Source: Octopus bimaculoides (taxonomy: Eukaryota). From it: 55,138 bases of DNA. The position numbers were made by a program, and so were the translations under genes. Below the pieces are notes generated by a model. The model worked only from the letters and a program-made list of their open reading frames with translations. It ran no database searches and was not told the DNA's origin. This document shows positions 1-11,360 of the stretch, one piece after another; positions within the stretch are counted from its first letter, which is position 1, and the number at the start of each line of letters is the position of its first letter. The DNA lies in NCBI RefSeq assembly GCF_001194135.2, contig NC_068986.1, forward strand, positions 109,016,240-109,071,377, written 5' to 3'.

Positions 1-170
1 ATGTTGGTGTGTTTACGTCAGCGTAACTTAGCGGTTCGGCAAAAGACAACCGATAGAATAAGTACTAGGCTTACAAAGAATAAGTCCTGGGATCGATTTG
101 TTCGTCGAAAGGCGGTGCTCCAGCATGGCCGCAGTCAAATGACCGAAACAAGTAAAAGAATAAAAGAATA
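1..170 (+). mobile_element. SINE-AB, 3' (B) half, cut by window start
   Basis: TAACTTAGCGGTTCGGCAAAAG...CCAGCATGGCCGCAGTCAAATGACCGAAACAAGTAAAAGA; the same block recurs more than 10 times in the window; CpGs retained. Confidence 0.85.
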
Positions 171-2261
171 CATTTATATTGCTGAGCAACCATAACTCAT
201 TCCCTTGGTCTGGGACTCGACGAATTTTCTATAATGGTTGTCAACGGAATAGTTGGAGCGTTGGACAAAATGCCTGCGATATACGATAGTCATATATGTT
301 CTTTGCTCAAATCTGGTCGAGTTCGACAGTGTCTCCCATCCTTCTGACATTGATAAAATGAAATACAAGTCAACTATTGAGCTCTATTCCTGTTATACAT
401 CCTAGATATGACTGGAATCATAATAAAAGAACTTCCCTTGCTACTGCGAATATACTAGTTTAAAAAATGCTATACTGAAAAATTCTTAGAAAAGCGTGTC
501 TACTAATTGTCTATGTTATCCAAATATCATTCACCCAAAATAACTTGTGCTGCTTTTAGAACCGTTTCCAAAGAGTCTCTCAGCCTGCAGTGCCTTGTAT
601 TTTACACAAATATTAGAGTCTAGACATGCTGTTTCCTTTGGTCAACAGATGCCATCTTACTTCTGGCCCGCGAGGGGGTCGACTTAATCCTATCTCCTAG
701 TATAACGTTATCATCTGGAACTTTTGAGTGTCATGACTGGAGACATTCTCCATTATTGTAAGAATACAGACGCGGTCCCTGGTTCAAGGAAAACTTCCAA
801 CTGTTATGGAAGTCCTGGAAAATGTGTCAGGGACTCTTCCGATCGTCTTCGAACTTCAACGGACTCCGTTCCTCTGAATTACAGTCTCACACCATCTCCA
901 CTCACGTATACTCAGCCTTCACGTTTCTCTTCGTCTCGTCACCCAAAGAGAGTTACATATCACTACCACTGCCGCCGCCGCCGCCAACAAAGACGACGGC
1001 AACAACTAACACCACCACCACTACGTCATTCCCCGCACGAACCATTTTTCTGCCAAACTTTGCTACTTGAGAACGTCAACATTCTACAATTCTTTTCCTA
1101 GCTTCGTCATTCCTGTAGACCAGATGTTCAAACTCAACGGTAGGACGTGGTTTTGAAAGAGATATGATAGCTATTTCTAGCAAACGCAACGACCACATAC
1201 AGGTTTCCTTGCTGGAACGACGATGACAACAACGATGATAACGATGATGATGATGATGATGATGACAGCATTTCCTCAAAACGAGGACCGGATGGAAGGA
1301 AATGAATTCTGTCGATGAGAGGGGTGGCCAGAGGCAGCAACAGGCGAACGGATGGGTGCAATGAAATGGTTTTTGATATACTTAACCTGCCAAATGAGCT
1401 TTTTATTAATTAGGGGAGGGGCGGGGCGGCGGGGTGGGTGATGACGGCGCGACTGAGCTAAGAACAGTAACGGCATTGTTTCAGGGAAAAAAATNNNNNN
1501 NNNNNNNNNNNNNNNNNNNNNNNNNNNNNNNNNNNNNNNNNNNNNNNNNNNNNNNNNNNNNNNNNNNNNNNNNNNNNNNNNNNNNNNNNNNNNNNNNNNN
1601 NNNNNNNNNNNNNNNNNNNNNNNNNNNNNNNNNNNNNNNNNNNNNNNNNNNNNNNNNNNNNNNNNNNNNNNNNNNNNNNNNNNNNNNNNNNNNNNNNNNN
1701 NNNNNNNNNNNNNNNNNNNNNNNNNNNNNNNNNNNNNNNNNNNNNNNNNNNNNNNNNNNNNNNNNNNNNNNNNNNNNNNNNNNNNNNNNNNNNNNNNNNN
1801 NNNNNNNNNNNNNNNNNNNNNNNNNNNNNNNNNNNNNNNNNNNNNNNNNNNNNNNNNNNNNNNNNNNNNNNNNNNNNNNNNNNNNNNNNNNNNNNNNNNN
1901 NNNNNNNNNNNNNNNNNNNNNNNNNNNNNNNNNNNNNNNNNNNNNNNNNNNNNNNNNNNNNNNNNNNNNNNNNNNNNNNNNNNNNNNNNNNNNNNNNNNN
2001 NNNNNNNNNNNNNNNNNNNNNNNNNNNNNNNNNNNNNNNNNNNNNNNNNNNNNNNNNNNNNNNNNNNNNNNNNNNNNNNNNNNNNNNNNNNNNNNNNNTA
2101 CACATGCATATACATATATATATACACACACACATACACATGCATATACATATATATACACACATACATAAATATACATACATACACATATATATATACA
2201 TACATACATACACACACATATATATACATACATACACACATATACATATATATACATACTA

Positions 2262-2479
2262 TTTCTTTACTACCCACAAGGGGCTACACACAGAAGGGAC
2301 AAACAAGGACAGACAAACGGATTAAGTCGATTACATCGACCCCAGTGCATAACTGGTACTTATTTAATCGACCCCGAAAGGATGAAAGGCAAAGTCGACC
2401 TCGGCGGAATTTGAACTCAGAACTCATACCGCTAAGGATTTCGCCCGGCATACTAACGTTTCTGCCAGCTCGTCGCCTT
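2262..2479 (-). mobile_element. SINE-C (tRNA-derived, central CTTTCATCCTTTCGGGGTCGAT domain)
   Basis: Minus strand reads AAGGCGACGAGCTGGCAG (A box), GAGTTCAAATTCC (B box), GCCTTTCATCCTTTCGGGGTCGATTAAATAAGTACC; many other copies in the window. Confidence 0.85.
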
Positions 2480-3886
2480 TTATGTATGCATGTGTGTGTA
2501 TATACATATATATATACATACATACACACACATGCATACATACATACATACGTTCCTTTGATGTGAGTATGGGGATCGCTTGACAACACAAAAACTTACG
2601 GTCATATGAGATTGTAATTATATTTTAACATCTTAAAAAGGAAGTTTTCCTCAACTACTTTCGGTCTGAATTTTAACCCCAGGTTTTCTGTACAGTCCAC
2701 GAGTATTTTCTTACCTTGGTTCTATATAAAATTCCCCCCCAAAATAGATGATTAATCATAAGTGTGTGTGTGTGTGAGTGCATGCCTAAAGCTTTTTAAT
2801 ATATACATACATTTCAGTTGTGACTAATGCTGTTTTGTGCATTATATATATATATATATATATATNNNNNNNNNNNNNNNNNNNNNNNNNNNNNNNNNNN
2901 NNNNNNNNNNNNNNNNNNNNNNNNNNNNNNNNNNNNNNNNNNNNNNNNNNNNNNNNNNNNNNNNNNNNNNNNNNNNNNNNNNNNNNNNNNNNNNNNNNNN
3001 NNNNNNNNNNNNNNNNNNNNNNNNNNNNNNNNNNNNNNNNNNNNNNNNNNNNNNNNNNNNNNNNNNNNNNNNNNNNNNNNNNNNNNNNNNNNNNNNNNNN
3101 NNNNNNNNNNNNNNNNNNNNNNNNNNNNNNNNNNNNNNNNNNNNNNNNNNNNNNNNNNNNNNNNNNNNNNNNNNNNNNNNNNNNNNNNNNNNNNNNNNNN
3201 NNNNNNNNNNNNNNNNNNNNNNNNNNNNNNNNNNNNNNNNNNNNNNNNNNNNNNNNNNNNNNNNNNNNNNNNNNNNNNNNNNNNNNNNNNNNNNNNNNNN
3301 NNNNNNNNNNNNNNNNNNNNNNNNNNNNNNNNNNNNNNNNNNNNNNNNNNNNNNNNNNNNNNNNNNNNNNNNNNNNNNNNNNNNNNNNNNNNNNNNNNNN
3401 NNNNNNNNNNNNNNNNNNNNNNNNNNNNNNNNNNNNNNNNNNNNNNNNNNNNNNNNNNNNNNNNNNNNNNNNNNNNNNNNNNNNNNNNNNNNNNNNNNNN
3501 NNNNNNNNNNNNNNNNNNNNNNNNNNNNNNNNNNNNNNNNNNNNNNNNNNNNNNNNNNNNNNNNNNNNNNNNNNNNNNNNNNNNNNNNNNNNNNNNNNNN
3601 NNNNNNNNNNNNNNNNNNNNNNNNNNNNNNNNNNNNNNNNNNNNNNNNNNNNNNNNNNNNNNNNNNNNNNNNTATTTATCAAATATATACACGGAATACA
3701 TTCAATGTTTAATTTTTTATTCCTGTCTCCACATGGGTACCCAAAAAAACAACCTGGAAGTATTTCCCGCTTCTTTGATGAAGATATATACAGATAAACT
3801 TCATTCCCTTTACTCTGGCGGATACGTAATTGTTCGGTTTTGGTGAGGTGAGAATTCTGTTTATTTATATGTATTTTTGGGACAAT

Positions 3887-3948
3887 ATTGTGCTGATGAA
3901 CGAAGTCTAGATTCACTCTAGTAATCGCGAAATCGGTCGATACGCAAT
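3887..3948 (+). ncRNA. Type-I minimal hammerhead ribozyme motif (Penelope pLTR-type)
   Basis: Stem I ATTGTG/CGCAAT; core CTGATGA 3893-3899; stem II (A)CGA..CTAGA-TTCAC-TCTAG..TCG(C); GAAA 3929-3932; stem III ATCG-GT-CGAT; H17=A at 3942. Confidence 0.65.
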
Positions 3949-4174
3949 TAAGTCTATTTTAAAAGAAAGTTGGTCATCTTCTGTTGGTTGTTTTTTCCTC
4001 GCATAGGTACTAAATGTGGTTATTTTTTGAGAAGTCCACTGTGTGGCATTATTATGTTTCTATAATAATGCCCTTTATATAAATATATATATAGTTAAAA
4101 CTTACTTGCAAAGATGACACGTGCGTTCGATCAAATAATAATACAAATAATATGTGAGTATATGCATATATACG

Positions 4175-4384
4175 TACATATATGTACATACCTACATCTG
4201 TCCTGCCCTAACTCTTCGAAATGCTTAGTTTTAGAATGGTGGCAGCTGATGAAAGAAATGTTCTTTATGTGGCCTGTGTGTTTTCTGTGCTCTGTTTATC
4301 ATTTTGTCCACGTTTTTTTGCAACGTCCTGTACCCAGGTATGCATCTATATATACATGTAGATGTAGGTATGTACATATATGTA
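4175..4384. mobile_element. Small element bounded by 25-bp perfect inverted repeats inside TA/CA microsatellite
   Basis: 4175-4199 is the exact reverse complement of 4360-4384 (unique core CCTACATCT/AGATGTAGG); much of the arm is low-complexity. Confidence 0.45.
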
Positions 4385-4449
4385 TATATATATATATGCA
4401 TATACTCAGATATATCTATATATCTATATGACCACTAATGAGTGCATCT

Positions 4450-4689
4450 TGAACCCCATAGCTTTTAAAACCAGTCATATCTGCCCCTGTTTTATATCCA
4501 AACTAGCCAGATCTGGTTCCACATATATACCCTTTGTCAACGTAAAGCATAAACTATCAGATCTTTGAAATTTCAAGGCTACAAGAAAATGCGGAATAAA
4601 TTCAAAAGATTGTAAATAAATAAGCATTACATTTGACAGTAATCTGAACACTGAAGGATTTGTGAGAAATCTGAATGCCAAAGGGTTAA
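4450..4689. mobile_element. Degenerate piggyBac-like MITE
   Basis: Right end ...GCCAAAGGG-TTAA (4686-4689); left end decayed TTGAACCCCATAGC. Confidence 0.55.
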
Positions 4690-4964
4690 GATTAGCAGCC
4701 AATTCTGCCTCAAATTACACTCTACTGCCACATTAAATAAAAGAGATCTAAACACCCAAGTTGTGAGTGTGGCTGTGGAGTTAACAAGTTGACTTTAGAA
4801 CCAATGTGGGAGATCTTAGGGCAAGTGTCCCTCATTACAGGCCGCAGCCAACCAATGTCTTGTGAATGAATTTGGTAAATGGAAAGTTGGTGGAAGCTGG
4901 TTACGTGAATACATATGTTTGTGTGTGTTTGTGTGTGTGTGTGTGCGTGCATATATATATATCA

Positions 4965-5141
4965 TCATCATCATCATCGTTTAACGTCCACTTTCCATGC
5001 TAGCATGGGTTGGACAATTTGACTGAGGACTGGCAAGCCAGGAGGCTGCACCAGGCTCCAATCTGATTTGGCAGAGTTTCTTCAGCTGGATGCCCTTCCT
5101 AACGCCAACCACTCTGAGAGTATAGTGGCTGCTTTTACGTG
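4965..5141 (-). mobile_element. Repeat D (RTE-tailed SINE-like) 3' part
   Basis: Minus strand: GGTTGGCGTTAGGAAGGGCATCCAGCTG...CCCATGCTAGCATGGAAAGTGGACGTTAAAC(GAT)n; truncated by gap. Confidence 0.85.
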
Positions 5142-5384
5142 NNNNNNNNNNNNNNNNNNNNNNNNNNNNNNNNNNNNNNNNNNNNNNNNNNNNNNNNNNN
5201 NNNNNNNNNNNNNNNNNNNNNNNNNNNNNNNNNNNNNNNNNNNNNNNNNNNNNNNNNNNNNNNNNNNNNNNNNNNNNNNNNNNNNNNNNNNNNNNNNNNN
5301 NNNNNNNNNNNNNNNNATACATATATATGAACATATATATCTGCATATGCGTGTGTGTGTGTGTGTGTGTGTGGGTGTGTATAT

Positions 5385-5610
5385 ATATTCTTTTATTCTT
5401 CTACTTGTTTCAGGTATTTGATTGTGGCCATGCTGGAGCACCATCTTAGTCAAAGAAATTGACCCCAGGACTCATTTTTTGTAAGCCTAGTACTTATTCT
5501 ATCGGTCTCTTTTGCTGAACCACTAAGTTACAGGGACGTAAACACACCAACATCGGTTGTCAAGTGATGGTGTGGGGACAAACACAGACACAAGAACACA
5601 CACACACACA
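5385..5610 (-). mobile_element. SINE-AB B half, CpG-decayed
   Basis: Matches B block; about 8 of 11 consensus CpGs read TG/CA. Confidence 0.85.
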
Positions 5611-6001
5611 CATAAACCGGTACTTTATTTATCTACCTATCCTGAGAGGTTGATAGGCCAAGGTGACCTGGGTAGGATTTGAACTCAGATAATAGAGAAC
5701 TGGAATTACCTTCACAGCAGCATCAAATCTGATGCTCCAAAGACTTTGCCAATTCAACACTCACTATGTATGTGTTCATGTGTGTGCGTAGTTGTCTACA
5801 AGTGTGTATAAGTGAGATGTCCTAACACACACACTAATGACACAACAGTCTTCAATATTCAATGCTATTATTATTAATGATTTAGCAATATTTTATGTAT
5901 TATAGTTTTTACCCATCGACCCCTTTGATTCCTGTCTTATTCTACTGGACCTTAATAAACATTCGGTGTTTTGAAGAGACCTGTTATATTTTTATAATTA
6001 A

Positions 6002-6224
6002 CCCTTTCATTACCATATTTCTGTTGAGATGCTCTGTGTTTCTTTCAATTAATTTTAGATATAACAAAGAGTTTAGTAAAATAACTTAGTTATCATTCAG
6101 CTAGTGATAGGAACATAAATTGTGACTAAGGTTTGGTGGAAGATTTTAATAGAGAACTTTTGAAAACAAGACATTTGTACTACAGACCCCAGAGCCGATT
6201 TCAGCCAGGTTGGAAATGAAAGGG
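6002..6224. mobile_element. piggyBac-like MITE with TTAA target-site duplication
   Basis: TTAA (5998-6001) CCCTTTCATTACCA ... TGGAAATGAAAGGG TTAA (6225-6228); 13/14 TIR match. TTAA|CCC...GGG|TTAA is the piggyBac signature. Confidence 0.8.
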
Positions 6225-6324
6225 TTAAATATTCTTAGGAATTGTATAAAAAGAAAATTAAATTATTTTGTGGATTGCAGAAGTATAACCAGCTTTACTG
6301 CACAAAAATTTAAACAGAAAAACC

Positions 6325-6371
6325 TTATGTGGTCCCCCGAGGGTCATATGGACCTCAGTTGAGAACCATTG
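6325..6371 (-). mobile_element. hAT-like MITE end fragment
   Basis: Minus strand CAATGGTTCTCAACTGAGGTCC resembles CAGTGGTTCTCAAC termini; no partner end found. Confidence 0.35.
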
Positions 6372-6647
6372 CCTTACAGAGAGAACACACACACACACAC
6401 ACACGATAGGTTCTGCATGGTTTGTGTTTAAGGCTGACACAACTTAGCCCCTGTGTCATTGCAGGCATTGCTTCCAGAACACAAACAGTGTGAAGAGACA
6501 CTGTAAGGTTCTCACCCAACACTTTCCCACTTCTGTCAATCCTTCAACCTGGTTCGGTGCTTTACTTTACCAAAGCTGAAAGGATGAAAGTCAAGTTGAC
6601 CTCAGCAGAATTTGAGCTCCAAGGACAAATGGTGTGAGGCATTCTCT

Positions 6648-7128
6648 GTTACTCTTTTACTTGTTTCAGTCATTTGACTGCGGCCATGCTGGAGCACCGC
6701 CTTTAGTCGAGCAAATCAACCCCAGAACTTATTCTTTGGAAGCCTAGTACTTATTCTATTGGTCTCTTTTGCCGAACCGCTAAGTTACAGGGACGTAAAC
6801 ACACCAGCAGCAGTTGTCAANNNNNNNNNNNNNNNNNNNNNNNNNNNNNNNNNNNNNNNNNNNNNNNNNNNNNNNNNNNNNNNNNNNNNNTTGGGGGGGG
6901 GGGGACAAACACAGAACACAAACACACACCCACATATATATATATATATATATATACATATATACGACGGGCTTCTTTCAGTTTCTGTCTACCAAATCCA
7001 CTCACAAGGCTTTGGTTGGCCCAAGGCTATAACAGAAGACATTTGCCCGATGTGCCATGCAGTGGGACTGAATCCAGAACCATGTGGTTGGCAAGCAAGC
7101 TACGTACCACACAGCCACTCTTGTGCCT
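6648..7128 (-). mobile_element. SINE-AB full length (gap inside)
   Basis: A head (GGCACAAGAGTGGCTGTGTGGT...GGTTCTGGATTCAGTCCC) + (TA)/(TG) spacer + B tail. Confidence 0.85.
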
Positions 7129-7359
7129 ATTGCCAATTTGTCTGCATGTCACTCACACACTGAAAATACAATGAACAATAACAAGAACAACTTAGGAGGA
7201 CCAGCTTTAATAAATACAGTCTTAGCTTAAACCTTTAACGGAAAGACAATGTGTGTGTGTGTGTGGTTATGTATATCATCATTGTTATCTGCCATCGACA
7301 TTGTTTTGATGCCCACTTTTCCATCTTTGCATGGGTCAGACGGGATTTTTTGAGACAGG

Positions 7360-7712
7360 TTTTCTATGGCCAGACATATTCACACAGAATAGTGGAAATG
7401 ATTGACACCGCCTGTATGACAGTGACACTCATTTACAACAGCCATGTGATGTCAAGAGACACAAACACATGCACACACACATATATATAACCGAGGGGTC
7501 TTGTTTTGGTGACCTTGTTGGTGCTGGTACCACATAAAAAGCACCCAGTACACTCAGTAAAGTGGTCCGTGTTAGGAAGGGCATCCAACCATAGAAACTA
7601 TGACAAAGCAGAGAGTAGAGCTTAATACAATTTTCTGGATTACCAGCTTCTGTCAAACCGTCCCATGCCAGCATGGATGGAGGACATTACATGATGATGA
7701 TGATGATGATGA
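7360..7712 (+). mobile_element. Repeat D, decayed
   Basis: GTTAGGAAGGGCATCC...CCCATGCCAGCATGGAT...ACATTACA(TGA)n. Confidence 0.7.
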
Positions 7713-7974
7713 TATACACACAAAGGGCTGTTTTCAGACTTTGTCTACCAAATCCATTCACAAGGCTTTGATCAACCAGGGGCTACAGGAGAAGAAGACA
7801 CTTGCTCAAGGTGCCATGCAGTATGATTGAACCTGAAACTATGTGGTTGGGAAGCCAATTTCTTAACCACACAACCTGGAAGAAAGCCTTTAGATCTGAC
7901 TTTCTCCCTTTAATTATTATTATTATTATTACTATCATCATCATCATCATAATTAATCTTGCCAAAACTAACTT

Positions 7975-8155
7975 CACCTGTGCCAGTGACACATAGAAAG
8001 CACTCTGCGGAGTGGTTGGTGTTATGAAGGGCATCCAGCCACAAAATCCCTGCCAAAACAGACACGGGAGCCTTGGGTAGATTTTCTACCTGGCCAGCTC
8101 CTGTTAACCGTCCTACCCATGGATGCATGGAAGATGGGTGTTAAACGATGATGAT
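7975..8155 (+). mobile_element. Repeat D
   Basis: GAGTGGTTGGTGTTATGAAGGGCATCCAGCC...GGGTGTTAAACGATGATG. Confidence 0.75.
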
Positions 8156-8545
8156 CATAAGGATTCATCATTATCATCATAATCCAGTGTTTTAAATCTG
8201 GGTTTCTCAGAATCAGAAAGGAGAAAGCTGATTCAAAGACTACAGATGCAATTTATCACTGGAACTGTAAAAGTCTGTAAAACTTTCCGGAAGTTTATCT
8301 TTTAAATATATATGAGCATGTCTAGATATGCAACTATATGCATGAGAATACATACATAAAGCAAAACATACAAATCTGCACATATACAGACATACAAACA
8401 AACAAAAATTCCCTGTTGTTGACATTGAAATTCCAATGAAAGAACCTTGGATCTAGGTTAGAAACTGGTTCTTTCTCTGTTGGCAAGAAATCTTGAAATA
8501 AAACTGAACAATGACATACATGCATACAGACATACATACATATAT

Positions 8546-8711
8546 AATAAAAGGGCAAATCCATAAATTTTATAATTAATTAATAATTATAATTGAGGGT
8601 ACAAGATACAAGCGTTGCTGTAAATAAGAGTAAAAAAATACTCTAATAAACTGTGTAGCCTCAATTATAATTATTAATTAATTATAAAATTTATGGATTT
8701 GCCCTTTTATT
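8546..8711. repeat. Perfect 53-bp inverted repeat with 60-bp spacer
   Basis: 8546-8598 (AATAAAAGGGCAAATCCATAAATTTTATAATTAATTAATAATTATAATTGAGG) is the exact reverse complement of 8659-8711. Confidence 0.95.
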
Positions 8712-8762
8712 GGCTTTAATGCTTGCTGGCCACTTATATTATTATTATTTATTATTATTAAA

Positions 8763-8805
<43 letters not shown>

Positions 8806-8815
8806 TCTATATTTT

Positions 8816-8860
<45 letters not shown>

Positions 8861-9823
8861 TACATCTAAAATACACACACAAACAAGTTCACATAAGAAC
8901 AAGATATAGATCCCTGTACATGCACACACACACATACATACATACATACACATATAGCCACAGTTTTCAAAAAAACACAAAAACATGTGCTATGAATTAC
9001 TTGTCCCATCAAGGCACATTAAGAATTCTCCAAGTATTCACAGTGTTCAAGTGTACCAAAAATGGACAATGGAGTTTGTCTCGATCTACCATATGTTGTT
9101 CTATTCCCCTGGTTGTTATCAGAGCAGGTCTTAATTGTGCAGATGGACACAGAAAGTGGGATATTGTTCAGGTTTAAATAGAAAATATGATGGCAAGGAA
9201 GATATGGTATCCACTCCCCAACTCTTCTTCCCTTTCCGTCTGCCCCACCCCACCCCACCCTCGCAGTTTGAATCTCACTTTTTATTCTATTCTCATGGCT
9301 TAATGAGAAAGAGAAGAGCAGTCTCTGCACATTCATAATTTAGGGATACCACTCAAAAAGAAAAAAATAAATCCATTTGATGGAGTTCTTGTGCTGTTTC
9401 TTGTGGAGTTCTATGCTATTTCTAACTCACCAGGTTTAGATCCAGCTAAGGCTATCATTGAATCAGTTGCCCAAGGTACTGTGTAGTGGAACTGAACCTG
9501 GAACCATTTGATTGTAAAGTGAACTTATTATTACATGACAATACCAGCAATCATTCTAAACATTGAAACTTTGCAATTCCTGTCTTTGAGATCAATAAGA
9601 TATATACATGACACATATATCACGATTGATTCCCTCAACTGTACAGTTCTGTACAAACGTGTAGGCTTGTGCTACAAATGTCAGATATTAGTTTTGAAAT
9701 GTAACCTAAAATATCATGACAGCCTCAAATGAACCTGCATGTGCTTGAAAGCTCCCCTTCACTGGTTGAATAGAGAGGGATACTCTGAACAATTAGCATA
9801 AGAAGGAGATGAGGAAGATGTTG

Positions 9824-10255
9824 AAGGGGCTCTCTATCAAAGTGGAAGGTAGATTAATGGGTGCTTGTGAACAAAATGTAATGTTGCATGGCAGTAAAAT
9901 GTGGGGCTTGGATGAAGGGGCTTTGTAAATGGTAGGAAAGAAATGAGATGATCAAGTTCTGCAGAATGTGTGACGGTGGAATGCATGAATGAGAGAGCAG
10001 GAATATGCTGAGAGGAAAACTCGATAAAAGAGGAATTGGAAGTAGTTTAGAAGAGAGGGGGCTGCAGGGGTGCAAGGGTATGGTGTATTGATGAAAGGTG
10101 GAAGAAGAAAACCAAGGAAGATATCAGATGAAGGAGAGAAGATTGATCGCAAGAGGTTGAACCTTACAAAGGACCACAACAAGTGGCAAAACACAGTGTA
10201 GGAGAAGGGCTACACAACTCAGGAAACCACAGAAAAGCAGACATAAATTGATGAG
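9824..10255 (+). mobile_element. Decayed RTE-clade LINE 3' fragment
   Basis: KGLSIKVEGRLMGACEQNVMLHGSKMW resembles the RTE post-RT motif (KGRLYxACVRxxMLHGSETW); stops and frameshifts present. Confidence 0.75.
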
Positions 10256-10656
10256 TGAAGTCCTCTCTTTCAACCGCTTTCTTTGTTTACTCTCTCTCTC
10301 TCTCACACACACACATACACATTATGCTTTCCTGTCAATCTCTCTACTGATCGTATCACCATTCCCTCTGCTCTGATACTTCTTGCTCTCATCATCTCAC
10401 ACCACTCTCCCAATCCTGTAGTTTCTACTCAATCTCCTTACCAACAACTCTGATGTAGCTGACTATCCTCTTCTCACTCTGGTTCTTCTTTCTTCCATTA
10501 CCCATTTACTCTGGACCCTTTTTTTTTATCCCCATGCAGTTGCATGGGAAAGAAAGGAAGAAATGAACACAGATACTGCTTGGTGGAAGGAGCTCTTTTT
10601 ACAATTACTGGAGACAAGACAATCTCTCTAGTGCTACTGAATGAATGAACAAATAT

Positions 10657-10825
10657 GAGAGAGAGAGAGTGAGAGAGAGAGAGAGAGAGAGAGTGAGTGA
10701 GAGAGAGTGAGAGAGAGAGAGTGAGAGAGAGTGAGAGAGAGAGAGTGAGAGAGAGTGAGAGAGAGTGAGAGAGAGAGAGAGTGAGAGTGAGAGAGAGAGA
10801 GAGTGAGAAAGAGAGTGAGAGAGAG
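10657..10825. repeat. (GA)n/(GAGT) microsatellite
   Basis: Direct reading. Confidence 0.95.
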
Positions 10826-11093
10826 TGTGTGTAAGAGAGCCACTGTAGTCTTGCCAGAGATAAGCCAACCTAACTAGGACTGGTACCACAATAACATGTA
10901 CCTAGTACAGTCTGTGAAATGGTTAACATTAGGAAGGGCAATCAGGCAGCAACACTAAGCCATAAATGACATACATACATAAGATGTGGACCCTAAACCA
11001 TGTAGGAGAGTAGTAACTTCAAATAAGAACTGACAGCCTGTCCAACCCATGCCAGCCAGGAAAGCAGGCATAAAATGACAGTGATGGTGATAT

Positions 11094-11124
<31 letters not shown>

Positions 11125-11128
<4 letters not shown>

Positions 11129-11360
11129 GCTGTCGAGTCAAAACAAAAAACTCCGACTCCGACTCCTATATTATTGGCACTTCTGACTCCAACTCTGACT
11201 CCTCTTTATGGAAACCAAGTGATTGTAGTCTACATATCTCATATATGTTATAACTCGTTTATATTAAAGAATAAAGATGTGAGTCGGAGTCGGAATCAGT
11301 ATAGTTTTACCGACTGTAACTTACCCCTTAATTGTTTCTGACTCCGACTCCACAGCCCTG
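11125..11360. mobile_element. MITE with (GACTCC)n subterminal repeats
   Basis: Right end GACTCCGACTCCACAGCCCTG; left end decayed GAGCTGTCGAGTC; internal GACTCC and GGAGTC arrays. Confidence 0.65.

Noticed and set aside
770-877. Frame TRSLVQGKLPTVMEVLENVSGTLPIVFELQRTPFL* resembling a PDZ C-terminus
   Set aside because: Weak pyrimidine tract; the DNA (GGAAGTCCTGGAAAA..TCAGGGA) resembles a common MITE motif; no supporting exons.
1276-1389. Minus-strand terminal exon VKYIKNHFIAPIRSP...
   Set aside because: No recognisable homology; the upstream sequence is a gap; flanked by repeats.
2715-2721. 7-nt micro-exon TATAG|AACCAAG|GTAAGA (minus)
   Set aside because: Frame-shifting, with a poor pyrimidine tract.
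5023-5060. CTGAGGA + hairpin in Repeat D as a hammerhead
   Set aside because: No GAAA or stem III, and not conserved among copies.
8425-8476. Hammerhead-like fold with CCAATGA core (relative at 53503-53540)
   Set aside because: U4 and G5 are absent in both copies and stem II geometry differs between them.
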